Positions 40,619-55,110 of a stretch of 64,000 nt of DNA are shown in pieces; position 1 is the first letter of the stretch; each line of letters begins with the position of its first letter. The DNA is from Octopus vulgaris (lineage: Eukaryota). The position numbers and the translations under genes are program-made. The stretch lies in assembly GCA_951406725.2 (NCBI GenBank), contig OX597815.1, forward strand, positions 200,880,001 through 200,944,000. Reading direction: 5' to 3'. The notes beneath the pieces were generated by a model, which searched no databases, was not told where the DNA came from, and saw nothing but the letters and a program-made list of their open reading frames with translations.

Positions 40619-41529
40619 TTGGGTTGTCCGAAAAGTTTGAGCCGATTTATATTAGCTTACATTTCGACTTATTTTAGAACATGTTTGAGTCCATAAAATA
40701 GGATTTGACTACACCTTCATTTAAAGCGATGTTTAAGCTATCTTTTCGTGGAAAAAAGGTTTATGTTCCTGTAACCTGTGTTAATTCTGTAACCCTTTAA
40801 AATGGGTTACAAGCAACTTAGCCATGTTCATTTTCGGCACTTGATGCTTTCTTTTTCCGTAAAGGAAAAAATGCGTCACAAGCAACCAAAGACCTGAATA
40901 AGACCTTTTCTGCAGATACCTGAATAGTCTTACTGGTAAAAATTTCAATTATTGGATCACGTTAAACGATGCCTTGATGAATTCTTTGCCTTGAAACCAT
41001 CTCAATTCTGGGATATAGGTAGGTAGGTAGGAGCACTCCGTCGGTTACGACGATGAGGGTCCCAGCTGATACGATCAACGGAACAGCTTGCTCGTGGAAT
41101 TAACGTGCAAGTGGCTGAGCATTCCACAGACACGTGTACCCTTAACGTAGTTCTCGAGGAGATTCAGCGAGACAAAGAGTGTGACAAAGCTGGCCCTTTG
41201 AAATACAGGTACAACAGAAACAGGAAGAAAGAGTGAGAGAAAGTTGTGGTGAAAGAGTACAGCAGGGTTCGCCACCACCCCTGCAGGAGCCTTGTGAAGC
41301 TTTAGGTGTTTTTGCTCAATAAACACTCACAATGCCCGGTCTGGGAATCGAAACCGCGATCCTACGACCGCGAGTCCGCTGCCCTAACCACTGAGCCATT
41401 GCGCCTCCACAATGGAGACGGATTGTGCGATAAAATGGTTCATATTTGGTTGATTAAAAATGTAAGGGCAAGTATCTATTGACCTTTTTCTTTCCTTTAA
41501 AAATCCGCACGAATTTTCGGACAACCCAA
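40619..41529 (+). mobile_element. Internally deleted mariner with a nested SINE C
   Basis: TA TSDs, TIRs TTGGGTTGTCCGAAAA/TTTTCGGACAACCCAA; transposase remnants HFRHLML..RKGKNASQATK and LDEFFALKPSQFW. Confidence 0.85.
41017..41410 (-). mobile_element. SINE family C
   Basis: Full-length match with (CCTA)n tail. Confidence 0.9.
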
Positions 41530-42579
41530 TACATATAAAATATTTATCATTTATATAAGCATATATAGCTTCATACCACCACATGCATTGTTTGTTGCTT
41601 TTTTTCTATTGGCCCCATAGCAGAAAAAACCCCCCAGAAATTTCGGTGTAATTTGAAGAGTAAACGAAGAAGATCGTAAGTAAATATCTCTCCTAAACTA
41701 CCACTCACGTTTAACTCATGGAAATGTTTGTAAACCATCCTCATTATGTGGATGACTTGAATATAGCTACAGGAGATTATATCAAGTGCAATAAACTATT
41801 TGAAAATTGTGTTTATATTCCCCGAAGGTATATATTTGTGAGTTAGATAAGAGAAGTTAAAATAACTGAAACTTCGAATATTATATTAAACATAGAAATC
41901 ACTGCGATATACCTTACTATATATATACACACATATACATATGTGTGTGTGTGTGTGTATGTATGTATATTAAACTGGCCAACATTTATTAAATATAACC
42001 ATATAACTCATACAAATGGAATGAGTCTAATATTTAAAAGAAATTGGATTCAGTGCTAGAAAGAATGTATTAGGTACTGCCATTGCAAACGTAACCATTA
42101 GACAATATACCATCAAAATAGTAAAAATGAAATTATGCAAACTGCACACCTGAAACATCGGTGTTGTCTACCAAAGAAAGCATTGGGGACTTACCTCTCT
42201 GTAGCTCCAATGTTACCTGACCCTTCAAATGCTTTTCATCCGCTCTTATCTTCGAGCGCATACCTTAGCTCTGAAAATGCGGCCTTCATGTTTTCCAATT
42301 CGTGTTTCTCGTCGATGAGTAACTACATATAACTGTAATACTTTCTGTCTGGTTACAAAGGTTTTGAGGTTTATTAAGCATAGCTACACTTTGTTCTAGT
42401 ATATCTGTATTATTGCCTATCGGGATGAAATCGAACACATTTATGATCCTAACACAAGAAATATCTTTTGACTCTTCCTATTACTGCTGATGCCACCAGA
42501 AGTAGTTAGCATTGTTGGAGTGAGGAGACATTGCATGGTTTGCTGCTGCTGAGGCTGCTGGTGGTTTTTGAAGCTTCCT

Positions 42580-42882
42580 TCATTAAAGAGCTGTTCTTCA
42601 CTCCTGCTCCAGAACGTCAACCGCGGGGTCACTCCGAAAAGCTCTATCTGCGACGATTTCATCTCAATCGAAGGAGAGGGCCTTTCTCCGTCCGGGTTGC
42701 GGATCCGTGGAATAAGCTGCCAGACGAGATAGTGAAGATGCCGACGACCGCTCGCTTCAAAGTCTCCCTTGACCACATATGGCCTGAACTTTTTGCATGG
42801 ACACCACCCTGTACATAACTCCATGTCCCCCTACATGGCCTTGCTTTTTGCTTTTTGAACCAAAAAATTAACTTAACTTAAC
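42580..42882 (+). mobile_element. CR1-type LINE 3' end
   Basis: ELFFTPAPERQPRGHSEKLYLRRFHLNRRR..FSVRVADPWNKLP. Confidence 0.85.
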
Positions 42883-43325
42883 ATACCACTGTTCTTGGTG
42901 TTACTACTGTTTTTGTTTTTTTTGCCTTTTTGCTATTGTCGATGCTATAGGTGTTATTGTTACTGTTGTATGTTAAGGCTACTGCTACTGATGATTTTTA
43001 ATCTTGCAAAGTCTACTGTATCGTGCAGATTACTGCAAATTGTTTTTCTACATTTTGTGAACAAAATATTTACAATATGTCCTCACGTTCAAAAATCTAC
43101 GTTGACACATTCAAAAAAACAATTTAACATTATAAATAGACGGAATTTTTTGTTTGGGAGTTTCTTAACTGAATGATTTAGACGCTTAGCTGGAATTTGA
43201 GAGTCGTAAATTGCGATTACCTGTGTAGGCTTACTGGCCAATTTCTTTCACGTCTTCTGAAAGTATTAGCCCCATTATCTACGCAGCCTTCACGTCCTTT
43301 TTGTGTTCGAGAATTTCTTCAATTT

Positions 43326-43395
<70 letters not shown>

Positions 43396-43408
43396 TATAT
43401 GTGTATGT

Positions 43409-43452
<44 letters not shown>

Positions 43453-43911
43453 ATACAACACATATCTATTAGTCTTCAGCAAACTATTATTGATTATGGT
43501 TTCCAAATTTCAGCCTGTTCTGTCTACAACTTTGGAATTAAATTTTGTTTAGGTCCTTAAAATTGTTGCGAAAATTTGTCTCTACTAAGTCCAAACATAT
43601 ATATTTACGGTTCATATACATCGTGGTCTTCTCCGTATCATTCAAAGGTACACACTTTATATTAGAATTGATAATCAGTTAAGTGCCATTTCTGTTTCAT
43701 ATAATCAGCGACGATAACATAAATCAGTTGTCTTAATGGGCCTTTTAAAGTATGTTTTCTTCCTCAGTAGTAGATACCTGTAGTGGCTTGTCTTTGACCA
43801 ATGTTTTTTATTCGTCGTGTGTTTATTTCAGTCCATCTTTCTTTCTCTCTCTCTCTCTCTATCTATATATGCATATATATATATATATATTTTATTTATT
43901 TTTTTTTAATT

Positions 43912-44506
<595 letters not shown>

Positions 44507-46048
44507 TTCTTGTCTCACCATCAAGCATCCTTCTGTTTCAGCTTTTAAGAAATAATGCACTGTCAGCCGATCGGTGATTTTTTTTTTCATGTATCCACTT
44601 CTACTTTCTAATGGGCTCTTAGTATCAGCATCTTTCATCACATTACCTTAGCATGACATCTTATAGTGCTATTTTCAGGACAATATTTATTCTCCGTTCG
44701 TATCACAACTGTCTGTTACTTTATCTATTCTGTTATATTAGCTGCCAACCTTAAATGAAATAAAATAAATATAAGAACATTGGTAAGCTTCCTATTTTGG
44801 ATTTATTTGTATTATTTCATTTTATTGCCTGCTAGATATTTTTTAAGAATTTCTTTGGTCGCCGAAAAATAAAAATAAAATACCTCTAACAGTGGTGAAT
44901 ATATTATTTTCAAAGAAGATTTCGCCTTGAGTATTCTAAATAATGACATTGTTTTTCCTCCTTTACTTACATAATCTTTCTAGTATTTGGCGTAGGGTTG
45001 AAGGTTCTGCGACTAAAACTAACTATATTGACGTCTATTTTTTTTATCATTTAATTCTGTTTTTAGTTCTAATATAACGCGCCGTTAACATTTCTTCCTA
45101 AAGTTGTATTTTATTTGTGCGCTGACCTATGTCTAGTTAATAGTTATAGTTTGCTGTTCGGTCAAAATCTCTCTGATTGTTTTCTGAAGCAAACATGACA
45201 TAAGAAGTTTTTGTTTATTCTCCTTCTCTTCGAAGTTGTCTCGATGCATTTTTGTGAATTTACATTCATGCAATTACTCTTGGGAATCTGTGTACTCTAT
45301 ATAATGTGAAGTTTCACTTTTTTCACACCTAATTTGTACAAATTGAGTAAGACTCTATGCAGACAATTTTTGCAACCTCTCCCACAAAATGCACATTCAT
45401 GACGCGTCAGTCTGTGCAATAACGAGTGGTAACTGGGATATATTTTGGAACTCCCATTCCAAAACAAAAAGTGTGTTCCTTCTATATTTCAGTATTTGTT
45501 TGTATTTAATGCAGAAGTGCAGTACGAAGAAACTCCTGTTATGAATTGACTGAATTCTTTGCCAATACTGTATAGACATCAACATCTATTCTGATAGTAT
45601 AATTTAATTGCGGACAGAAAACGATGAGGCGACAGCTCTATGATATCAGACATCTGCACATAATCCTCAGCAATTGCGCATTCTGCTCAGAGTTGATTAT
45701 TTTCCAAATCTTTCAGGTATCGAATTCAACATACACATTCATTAAAATATTCTACTCATTACCCACGTCTTTATTCGCGTAGACTCTACGCCGTAGAGTA
45801 CTCTGATATTAGCAATGTCGTTGTTCACACATCAGTTTGCTATAAACATTTCTTTATAGTAATATTAGTAATATGCTTGTATTTGTTTAAACCTTTTCCA
45901 TAGCAACTTATACGAAATGTTAGTGCTGGTCTTGAGAGAAAGGTTTCATGTCATTATATATATATAGCCACTGAAAAATATTTTGAAAATTTTAACTTGT
46001 ATTATGTATATATATATATATATATATGCGTGTATATATGCATGCATG

Positions 46049-46091
<43 letters not shown>

Positions 46092-46759
46092 GTAAAACAT
46101 TGAAAACTACTAATTTTAAAATGTATAAGAATTGTTTATACATACAATTTCATATGTATATATATACACATGCATACAATTTCATACGTATATATATATA
46201 TATATATATATATGAATATGTATATGTATATATACGCTTGAAATTAGTTGTTTTAATATTTTACAAAATAGAAGACTATTAATCATATTACAAATACACT
46301 ACAATAATATTTGAAATTATTCGAAAAATTATGGTATATCAATGTATAATAGAAAATATGCAGCATTTTTTAAACCTGTGAAGGTTCCAAATATTTTTAC
46401 GATAACTATACTTAAAGATATGTAATCAAGATTTTTTAATGGACACGATATTCATGCACACATGGACCACGCACATAGGCACAACACTTACACATATTTT
46501 TATAATTGTTGAATAATTCATTCATAAACTCCACACACTACATGGACAAAAAATTCTTATTAAGAAAATACGTATTTAAATAAATATAAATGTCATGATT
46601 AAGGAAAGGGAAACCGGTCGACGAGCTCAATATGATTATGACACATATCAAAACTATGAAAAGGATGTGCATTTTCCTTCTTTAATTTTTTTTTTATATT
46701 AAAACTCACAACGTGGAGAGTCATTAAACCCTGTTTATTTCTCTCTCTCTCTCTCTCTC

Positions 46760-46905
46760 TCTACTTATTTCTATTTTCCTTTCTGTTGAAGAGTGTAGGT
46801 GGAAAACGTAAAAGGCTTTCTCATTTCCTGAGCGTTAAGCTAATACATCTGTTTATTGTTTACACACTCGTCTTTGTCCTTTCTTTTTGTAAATTCCAAC
46901 TATAT
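46760..46905 (+). mobile_element. Degenerate HHR-bearing pLTR-like repeat (same family as 47450 and 11462)
   Basis: CTGTTGAAGAGTGTAGGTGGAAAACGTAAAAG followed by TTCCTGAGCG..TAATACATCTGTTT. Confidence 0.55.
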
Positions 46906-47106
46906 TTATATATGTGTGTATAAACAATAACTTTGATGGAAACATTCAATTGGCAAGCCAATAATTTATTCATATTATAGTATAACACAATATATATTTC
47001 CAAGTCACTGGTACGTCAGTAGAATACAACATAAATATCTGGTATGCAGCTGATGTACCAGTGAATTGGATGTTTTATACATCCCTTTGAAGGGCTAGCT
47101 TTCCTT

Positions 47107-47149
<43 letters not shown>

Positions 47150-47396
47150 TTCTTGTTTAATTCTGTTAACTCTACATTAGTGCTTTCAGTAATTATATTC
47201 ATGATTTAACTCATATGTGTTATACCGTAAGTGAACTTAACACCCACAATATATATGAGTATACACATACAATGGCCTCCATAGAGACACATACAGAAAG
47301 AAAAACACGCATATGCACACATGATAACTGACACACACGAGCATAAAAATACTTGTAAGTAGGTATGCATATATATAAAGAGAGAGAGACAGAGAA

Positions 47397-47429
<33 letters not shown>

Positions 47430-47479
47430 TCGTTAGCTCCTACACGCATTTTTTTCTCTCCTTGTTTTTTTCTGTGTAT

Positions 47480-47515
47480 CTTTCTGTCGAAGAGCGTAGG
47501 CTTGAAACGTATAAG
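47480..47515 (+). ncRNA. Minimal hammerhead-like motif (A6U variant)
   Basis: CTTT-CTGTCGA-A-GAGC(GTAG)GCTT-GAAAC-GTA-TAAG inside a ~170-bp repeat at ~47450-47620. Confidence 0.5.
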
Positions 47516-47630
47516 ACTTGTTCTATTTCTATTCCTGAGCGCCATAGTAATACATTTGTTTGTTTGTACTCCACCTGCCTTCGTCTTTTGTTTATATTCG
47601 TAAACCTTCCCTTTATATCTATATATATAT

Positions 47631-48414
47631 ATAATTTCAACAATTGAGGGTAAAATTAATTAGCTATTAATCAATTTCACCAAGTATTCAGTATGTAAAG
47701 GGACCATTTAAGGCGAATTCAAAATATTACATTGTATAAAAGGGCTTAGTAAAATAAATTACTTTGCCACATACTGAACTCATTAGAAATAGCAGCCAAA
47801 AAAAAGATTTTTTAGCCATTTCTAATACTTAAAGAAAATTTCTCTCAGATAGTGTTTACTCAAAATAACCCACGAAGGTATGGGGGTAAAAACATTAAAA
47901 AATCACAAGTGCAAAGATTATTTGAGAACGTACGTTTCTAGATCAGCCAAATACAATTCGACATTTCTTTCGTCAGCCCAAAATTTCTTAATTCGGATTT
48001 GGAAACACTGAAAGTAGGAGCATACCCTTTTGGCAACTTTTCACCTCAGAAGAACCGTTCAAACTAACAGTGCCAACAAATTCAAAATATGCAAGCGAAG
48101 AATTCCTGCTCTCCCCCTTCAACCCACGTGGGTCAGACTAGTAAACACCATATTTTATCGGTGAAAACCGAGGCATTAAACAGAGAGAAATGAATTATAA
48201 TTTCAACAATTGAGGGCAAAATTAATTAGCTATTAATCAATTTCACCAAGTACCCTCAATTGTTGAAATTATAATTCATTTCTCTCTGTTTAATGCCTCG
48301 GTTTTCACCGATAAAATATATATATATATATATAGGACCATTTACATATTGAACACTTTTACATACTGAATACTTGGTGAAATTGATTAATTAATTAATT
48401 TTACCCTCAATTGT

Positions 48415-48417
<3 letters not shown>
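47631..48417 (-). mobile_element. Non-coding terminally redundant 566-bp HHR unit with inverted add-ons (retrozyme- or solo-pLTR-like)
   Basis: Direct repeat ~47631-47686/48197-48252; inverted copies ~48253-48319 and ~48358-48417; HHR inside; (TA)n flanks. Confidence 0.7.
47921..47982 (-). ncRNA. Type I hammerhead ribozyme
   Basis: Minus strand TTTGGG-CTGACGA-aAGA..GTCGAAT(tgt)ATTTGGC..TCTa-GAAAC(GTAC)GTT-CTCAAA. Confidence 0.75.
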
Positions 48418-48449
<32 letters not shown>

Positions 48450-48621
48450 TAATTTTTTACTCCTTTATTTTTTACACCTTTCAGTCCTTTGACTGTAGCC
48501 GCATTTAGTCGAAGAAATAGACCTCAGGACTTACGTTTTGCCATACTGCTAGGTTTCGGGGACGTTAACTTACCAACATCGGTTGCTATGCGACGGTGGT
48601 CGCAGAAACACAAATAAAAAG

Positions 48622-48742
<121 letters not shown>

Positions 48743-48743
48743 C

Positions 48744-49098
48744 TGGGAGGAAAGAGACGGAACGAAGTGAGAATTCGAAAAATCGAAAATTCAAACGAAC
48801 CCGACGCGAAGCGCTGTCAGACAATAGTGTAATAAATATATTATATGCTTACATACAGACATATATGTACGTACCGACATCTACATGTATATATGCATGC
48901 ATATATAAATATATATACGTACAGGACACCACAAGAAGACGAAAACGGAAAAGCCATTTTGTTACAACAGAAGGACAGAGGCGTGGAACAAGACGAATAC
49001 GAAAACGGGAAAAACATTATGTACAGCAGAAAAACGAAGTACAGGACATGCTGCACTGATTTTTCGAATTCTCACTTCGTTCCGTCTCTTTCCTCCCA
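48744..49098. repeat. 41-bp perfect inverted repeat module inside (TA)n
   Basis: 48744-48784 is the reverse complement of 49058-49098. Confidence 0.85.
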
Positions 49099-49106
49099 AT
49101 TTGTTT

Positions 49107-49149
<43 letters not shown>

Positions 49150-49221
49150 CTGTATATATATATACGACAAGCTTCTTACAGTTTCCACCTACGAAATAAA
49201 TTCACAAGACTTTTGTCGGAT

Positions 49222-49868
49222 CGTTAGTTAGTTAGTTAGTTAGATAATTTGGCTCAAAAGCAAATAGCAAGGCCATGTAGGGGGACATGGAGTTAAGTAC
49301 AGGGTGGTGTTCATGTAAAGAGTTCAGGCCACTTGAGGTCCAGGGAGGCTTTGAACAAAGCGGTCGTCGGCATCTTAACCATCTCGTCTGGCAGCTTGTT
49401 CCACGGATCCGCAACCCGGACGGAGAAAGCTCCTCTCCTTCGATTGAGATGAAATCGTCGCAGGTAGAGCTTTTCGGAATGACCCCGCAGCCGACGCTCC
49501 GGAGCAGGAGTGAAGAACAGCTCTTTCGAGAGGTTACACTTCCCGCTTATGATGTTGTGGGCGAGAATGAGATCACCACGGCGGCGGCGTTTTTCAAGAG
49601 AACAAAGGTCGAGCGTCCTCAGCCTTTCTTCGTAGGACAAATTTTTGAGACCATGAACCATGCGGGTAGCCAGCCTCTGGACTCTTTCGAGGTGCTGTAT
49701 GTCTTTGAGGAGATAAGGAGAAGAGGCTTGCATCCCATACTCCAATATGGGTCTCACCAGCGTGACATAGAGTGGCAGGAATATGGCTGCTGTGAGCACT
49801 CCGAATGACCGTCGAATCAAAAACAGAATTCCGCGCGCTTTGTTGGCAGCATGGACGCACTGGGCCGA
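49222..49868 (-). mobile_element. CR1-type LINE 3' fragment with open ORF2 C-terminus
   Basis: KARGILFLIRRSF..LYVTLVRPILEYG..WSP-like..LERVQRLATRMV..SYEERLRTLDL.SLEKRRRRGDLI..RGHSEKL..WNKLP; (TAAC)n tail. Confidence 0.92.
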
Positions 49869-50150
49869 AGTTATAATAGAATACACCTGCCCAATTTACA
49901 ACGTAGTAGGACTGAGCCCTCGTCTGTGTGATTGGGGAAACAGGCTTCTTACCACAAAGCCATATATAGAAAAATGCAGTACTTTTTCACCTATCCCGGA
50001 GGTGGGTGGGGGTGGAACGTAGCACCCGCGATAGCCGAGGAATTACTGTATATATACATACGCATACTACCCATTCAATCAAACAGCCGTTTGCACAAGT
50101 ACACACACACAAACACACACGCACACATACAGCGCATACTTACGTGTATG

Positions 50151-50213
<63 letters not shown>

Positions 50214-50217
50214 TTAT

Positions 50218-50419
50218 AGGTGCAGGAGTGGCTGGGTAGTAAGTAGTTTGCTTACCAACCACACGGCTGCGGGTTAAGCCCCAATGTGTAGCAACCAGGT
50301 CAAGTGTCTTCTGCTATAGCCTCGGACCGACTAAAGTCTTGTGAGTGGATTTGGTAGACGGAAACTGAAAGAAGCCTGTCGTGCATAAATATATATGTGT
50401 GTATATAAATATATATGTG

Positions 50420-50469
<50 letters not shown>

Positions 50470-50702
50470 CATGTGTGTGTGTGTGTCCCCCCCCCTCGCT
50501 TGATAACCGATGCTGGTGTATTTATGCCCCCCCCCCCAAATTAACCGTTCGGCAAAAGTCACCGATAAAATATGTACTATGCTAACAAATAATAAGTCCT
50601 GGCGCCGATTTGTTCTACTAAAAGACGGTGCTCCTGCATGGCCGCAGTCAATTGACTGAAACAAGTAAAAGAATATATATAAGAATATAAAACAAGTAAA
50701 AG
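50218..50702 (+). mobile_element. SINE family B
   Basis: Head, internal (TA)n/(TG)n and tail all present. Confidence 0.85.
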
Positions 50703-50749
<47 letters not shown>

Positions 50750-51821
50750 GAATAAACCTGTGTAAACCTGAAGTACGCTATGTATAAACATATAGGTATC
50801 ATGACGAGTACAAAACAATTCTACAGTTACAAATATAAACACATACGCAAGCATATAAATTATATGTTGTGATATAGAGAAAGACACGAATGTATTTGTT
50901 GATAAAATCGGACGAAAACACATGCCAACCGATCCTACACATTTTCCTTTGTAAAACTCTTCTTGCCAGACTTCCATTACACTTGATTGGTTAAAGCTTT
51001 TCTTGACTCATATAATTTGTGTTATCTACTTTCAACATCTCACCAATCTCACCACATCAAAGTAATAGCGAATAACTCAGTTGAGTGATTTACATTTATC
51101 TTTATACCTCGATTCTTACCGCATCCCTGCAGTGTTGTACGAAATTCTTTTCGAAATACATTAAAACGCAGAGGAATATTTTGATATACCACAGTGTAAC
51201 ATTATGTCTTCTTTATTTAAATACCACTTTCATTCATAATTAAATGCATTCTTGTTCACTACTTAGAAAACCAACTCGAGATGCAATATATCCTTACTTC
51301 TTTTCCTATCTTTCAATGTTTATTGTCTAGATTGAGACCAGTAAAACTGGCTTTGTTGTTTTATTTTCCGAGTATTCTTTTAGATTTATCATTTAGCTTA
51401 ATGTGAAAATGAAACTGTATACTTGCATAAAGCCACAAAGATAATCTATTACTAGAAATCTAGTGTACATTAATTGTAGAAAAACAATAGGGAGGCAGTG
51501 GTTCGAAAGATATGTTAAACGAAGTAATAAGGTTTATATGAGAATAAAACGGTTATAAATAAAAGAAGATATGAAAAAAAAAAACTACTGAAGATTTTCA
51601 AAGAATAACAGTCAAAGAATAACAAAGCTTCATTACCATAAAAAAGAGTCAAAATGTAATAAAACTACGAATGGTATATTCCATCAAATATAGCTGTTAA
51701 TAAAAGTTTTACAATTGCGTAGAGATTTATGCTACAGAGAAAGGGGATTTCTGAGATTCAATACGAGTCTTTCTTTGAAATATATTGGAATATTGCGAAT
51801 GCAATAGAGAAATATTATACC

Positions 51822-52142
51822 TGGTCGTGAAATTAACGTGTAAGTGGCTGAGCACTCCACAGACACGTGCACCCTTAACGTAGTTCTCGGGGATATTCAG
51901 CGTGACACAGAGAGTGACAAGGCCGGCCCCTTGAAATACAGGTACAACAGAAATAGGAAGTAAGAGTGAGAGAAAGTTGTGGTGAAAGAGTACAGCAGGG
52001 ATCACCAACATCCCCTGCCGGAGCCTCGTGGAGCTTTAGGTGTTTTCGCTCAATAAACACTCACAGTGCCCGGTCTGAGAATCGAAACCGCGATCCTATG
52101 ACCGCGAGTCCTCTGCCTTAACCACTGGGCCATTGCGCCTCC
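51822..52142 (-). mobile_element. SINE family C lacking its 3' tail
   Basis: 8-bp TSD ATTATACC (51814-51821/52143-52150). Confidence 0.85.
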
Positions 52143-52916
52143 ATTATACCATGTAGCGGTTGAATCAGTATCAAAAATGATAAGGATTTACGAACGGTTA
52201 CTTGTCTTCTTTTAAGTTGCCTATTGCGGGAGATGCGACCTGTTTGTATTGCAGATATGGCCGTCTTAAGGCAGGATTACACAGGGCAATTGGCCGGGAA
52301 CAACACAAGTCGAGGTTCCCAATTCTAATCTATGTATGCTGTGCCTTGCTGACAATAAATAAATACTATAGTGCTCAGGGTATTGATATTCCCGGGCGAC
52401 AATAACGTTGCTAAGACTTCCTTAAAGTGGGTTTCCTTATTTGTATGCCCAAATGCAAGCAGATATAGTAAGTTTTCATAAAATACGTTCAAACTGACCA
52501 TCTCAAATTTGTTGCCAAACAACAATGCTACAGTGTTATATCAGGTGATAAGTGTCTATAATTATTTTGCAATATTATGTTATATATTTATTAGGCGAGA
52601 TAGTTTCTTAGTATTGGTTTTCATCAAGAAAATAAAATTTACTGGAAAATAGCCAGTTTTAACCACTATGTTATATATGAAACTTATTAACCTAAAACAT
52701 GTACATGATGTTCTTTATTTGTGAGTAATGCTCTTTGTCAATATTATAACATCTCATTAGCCTTGTGATTAATTAAGTTGTTCGAAATAAAGGGTGCTTC
52801 GGTTTTATTTAACTCCGTGGCAAGTTGAGAAAGTTTATTACTTAGTACTCTTGTCCTAAAATATGTGTGCGCGCGTAACCTAGCTCTTTTATACATAGAT
52901 ACATACATACATACAT

Positions 52917-53007
<91 letters not shown>

Positions 53008-53032
53008 AATATATATATATATAGGCGTATAT

Positions 53033-53063
<31 letters not shown>

Positions 53064-53477
53064 GGCGCTGGAGTGGCTGTGTGGTAAGTAGCTTGCTAAT
53101 CAACCACATGGTTCCGGGTCCAGTCCCACTGCGTGGCATCTTGGGCAAGTGTATTCTGCTATAGCCCCGGGCCGACCAATGCCTTGTGAGTGGATTTGGT
53201 AGACGGAAACTGAAAGAAGCCTGTCATATATATGTATATATATATATATATGTGTGTGCGTGTTTGTGTGTCTGTGTTTTTTCCTCTAGCATTGCTTGAC
53301 AACCGATGCTGGTGTGTTTTCGTCCCCGTCACTTAGCGGTTCGGCAAAAGAGACCGATAGAATAAGTACTGGGCTTCCAAAGAATAAGTCCCGGGGTCGA
53401 TTCGCTCGACTAAAGGCGGTGCTCCAGCATGGCCGCAGTCAAATGACTGAAACAAGTAAAGAGTAAAAGAGTAAAGA

Positions 53478-53480
<3 letters not shown>
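53064..53480 (+). mobile_element. SINE family B, full length
   Basis: Near-identical to the 9783 and 31735 copies. Confidence 0.92.
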
Positions 53481-53522
<42 letters not shown>

Positions 53523-53781
53523 TAAGGTATGTACGCACGTTATGTATATGTAGGGCGCGAGCAATATATGTTCCGAATGGAAATTTTAGCTTCAGGCACA
53601 GACCAAGAAGTTGACGGTTCTTTTACAGAATATGAATATAAAACGGGAAGGAAACAACAGAAGAGGAGAAGCAAATAAGAAAAGTCTAGTCGAAAGAAAT
53701 CACGGGTGTTCATTTGCTTACAAAATGCAGCAGTTCTTACGATGCATAGCCCCCACACACACACCACACACACACAAAATG

Positions 53782-53978
53782 TGACCGCTTGTGTACCGTT
53801 GGTGAATTTTTTCCTCTATCTTCCCTTCTCTAGATCTTTCCTTCTCCTATGTTTCCGACGAAGAGCTCCGCTCGAAACGTTAAACCCTCCTTCCTTCCTT
53901 CTTTCCTGAGCGTCCAATAATGCTGTATTTATTCCACGTCCTCGCGTTGTGTTTTTTTGTGCTTTCATTTTTCCATAA

Positions 53979-53985
<7 letters not shown>
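53782..53985 (+). mobile_element. ~200-bp HHR mini-element, copy 1
   Basis: TGACCGC...AACTTTATA; HHR GTTT-CCGACGA-A-GAGC(TCC)GCTC-GAAAC-GTT-AAAC at 53851-53885. Confidence 0.75.
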
Positions 53986-54009
<24 letters not shown>

Positions 54010-54011
54010 GG

Positions 54012-54043
<32 letters not shown>

Positions 54044-54753
54044 GTAGGTTTGTATATATGTAGGTATGTATAATTTTTTCTAGTAAAGTAGTCGTATACA
54101 TACACACGTGTAAACTATCCTTTTTTTTTTTTGATGGGTTAAAGCTCTTAGAAGCGGCCCAAACACTTTTTACCTAACCCGATAAGTGTTCTGATAATTA
54201 GCTTTTCACTTAACATGACAATCAGATACATATTTTTAAATACTGCTTTGCCGTTGGAAATGTTGCAGTGTTTATCTTACTCTCTGAGTAAAAATTTATA
54301 AACAAGACCGCTTTTTTATTATTAAAAGGAAAAACCATTTAAAATGGCAGAGGAATAATGAATAGAGTACCTGACCTACATAAGGGTATTACGAAGAAAA
54401 ATCAATTTCAAATTTCATCTTTTAGTAAAAGAAGAGTTTCAATTTTATTCTCGCATTCAGCTGCTGTGAACAATAACTGATAAGTTGGCTGCAGTATATA
54501 TTGTAAATATTTGCTTAGCGGTCTTGCTTGACAATAAACATAATAACAATTTTCTTAGTGTTCGTTACCCATGCTTTCATGAACTACTTTTCAAACTACT
54601 TATTTTGACTTCGATGTTCATGGGATTGCTTTAAGGCTTGAGAAGAATCCCTGCGGCACAGAGGTGCAAATGTAATGTCTGAGTTTTTTTTCCCTAGAAT
54701 GTGCCTTCATTAATTAATCTACCAATACTTATACCGACATGTGTACACACACA

Positions 54754-54794
<41 letters not shown>

Positions 54795-54894
54795 AATAAA
54801 ATATTAATTAGAGACAAAACCACTATTTTGCAAATCAAACAAGGAAAGACTTAATCAATACATAAAAAAAATTTAATATAAAGTAAATAAATCG

Positions 54895-54938
54895 CCACTA
54901 CAATTGTTTCCTGTCTTCAAATGACATTCATCAGGTGG
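54895..54938 (-). ncRNA. Minimal type I hammerhead ribozyme
   Basis: Minus strand CCAC-CTGATGA-aTGTC(atttgaa)GACAg-GAAAC(AATT)GTA-GTGG. Confidence 0.8.
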
Positions 54939-55038
54939 ATTTCATATCTTCTATTCAATTTTAAAGTTATATATATATATACATACATACCTATATATAT
55001 ATATATATATACATACATATACATACATACATATATAC

Positions 55039-55110
<72 letters not shown>

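Noticed and set aside
42195-42332. Minus-strand exon with good splice signals (LLIDEKHELENMKAAFSELRYALEDK)
   Set aside because: All three frames contain stops, so not called as CDS.
49287-49808. 173-aa plus-strand ORF
   Set aside because: Antisense shadow of the CR1 ORF2.
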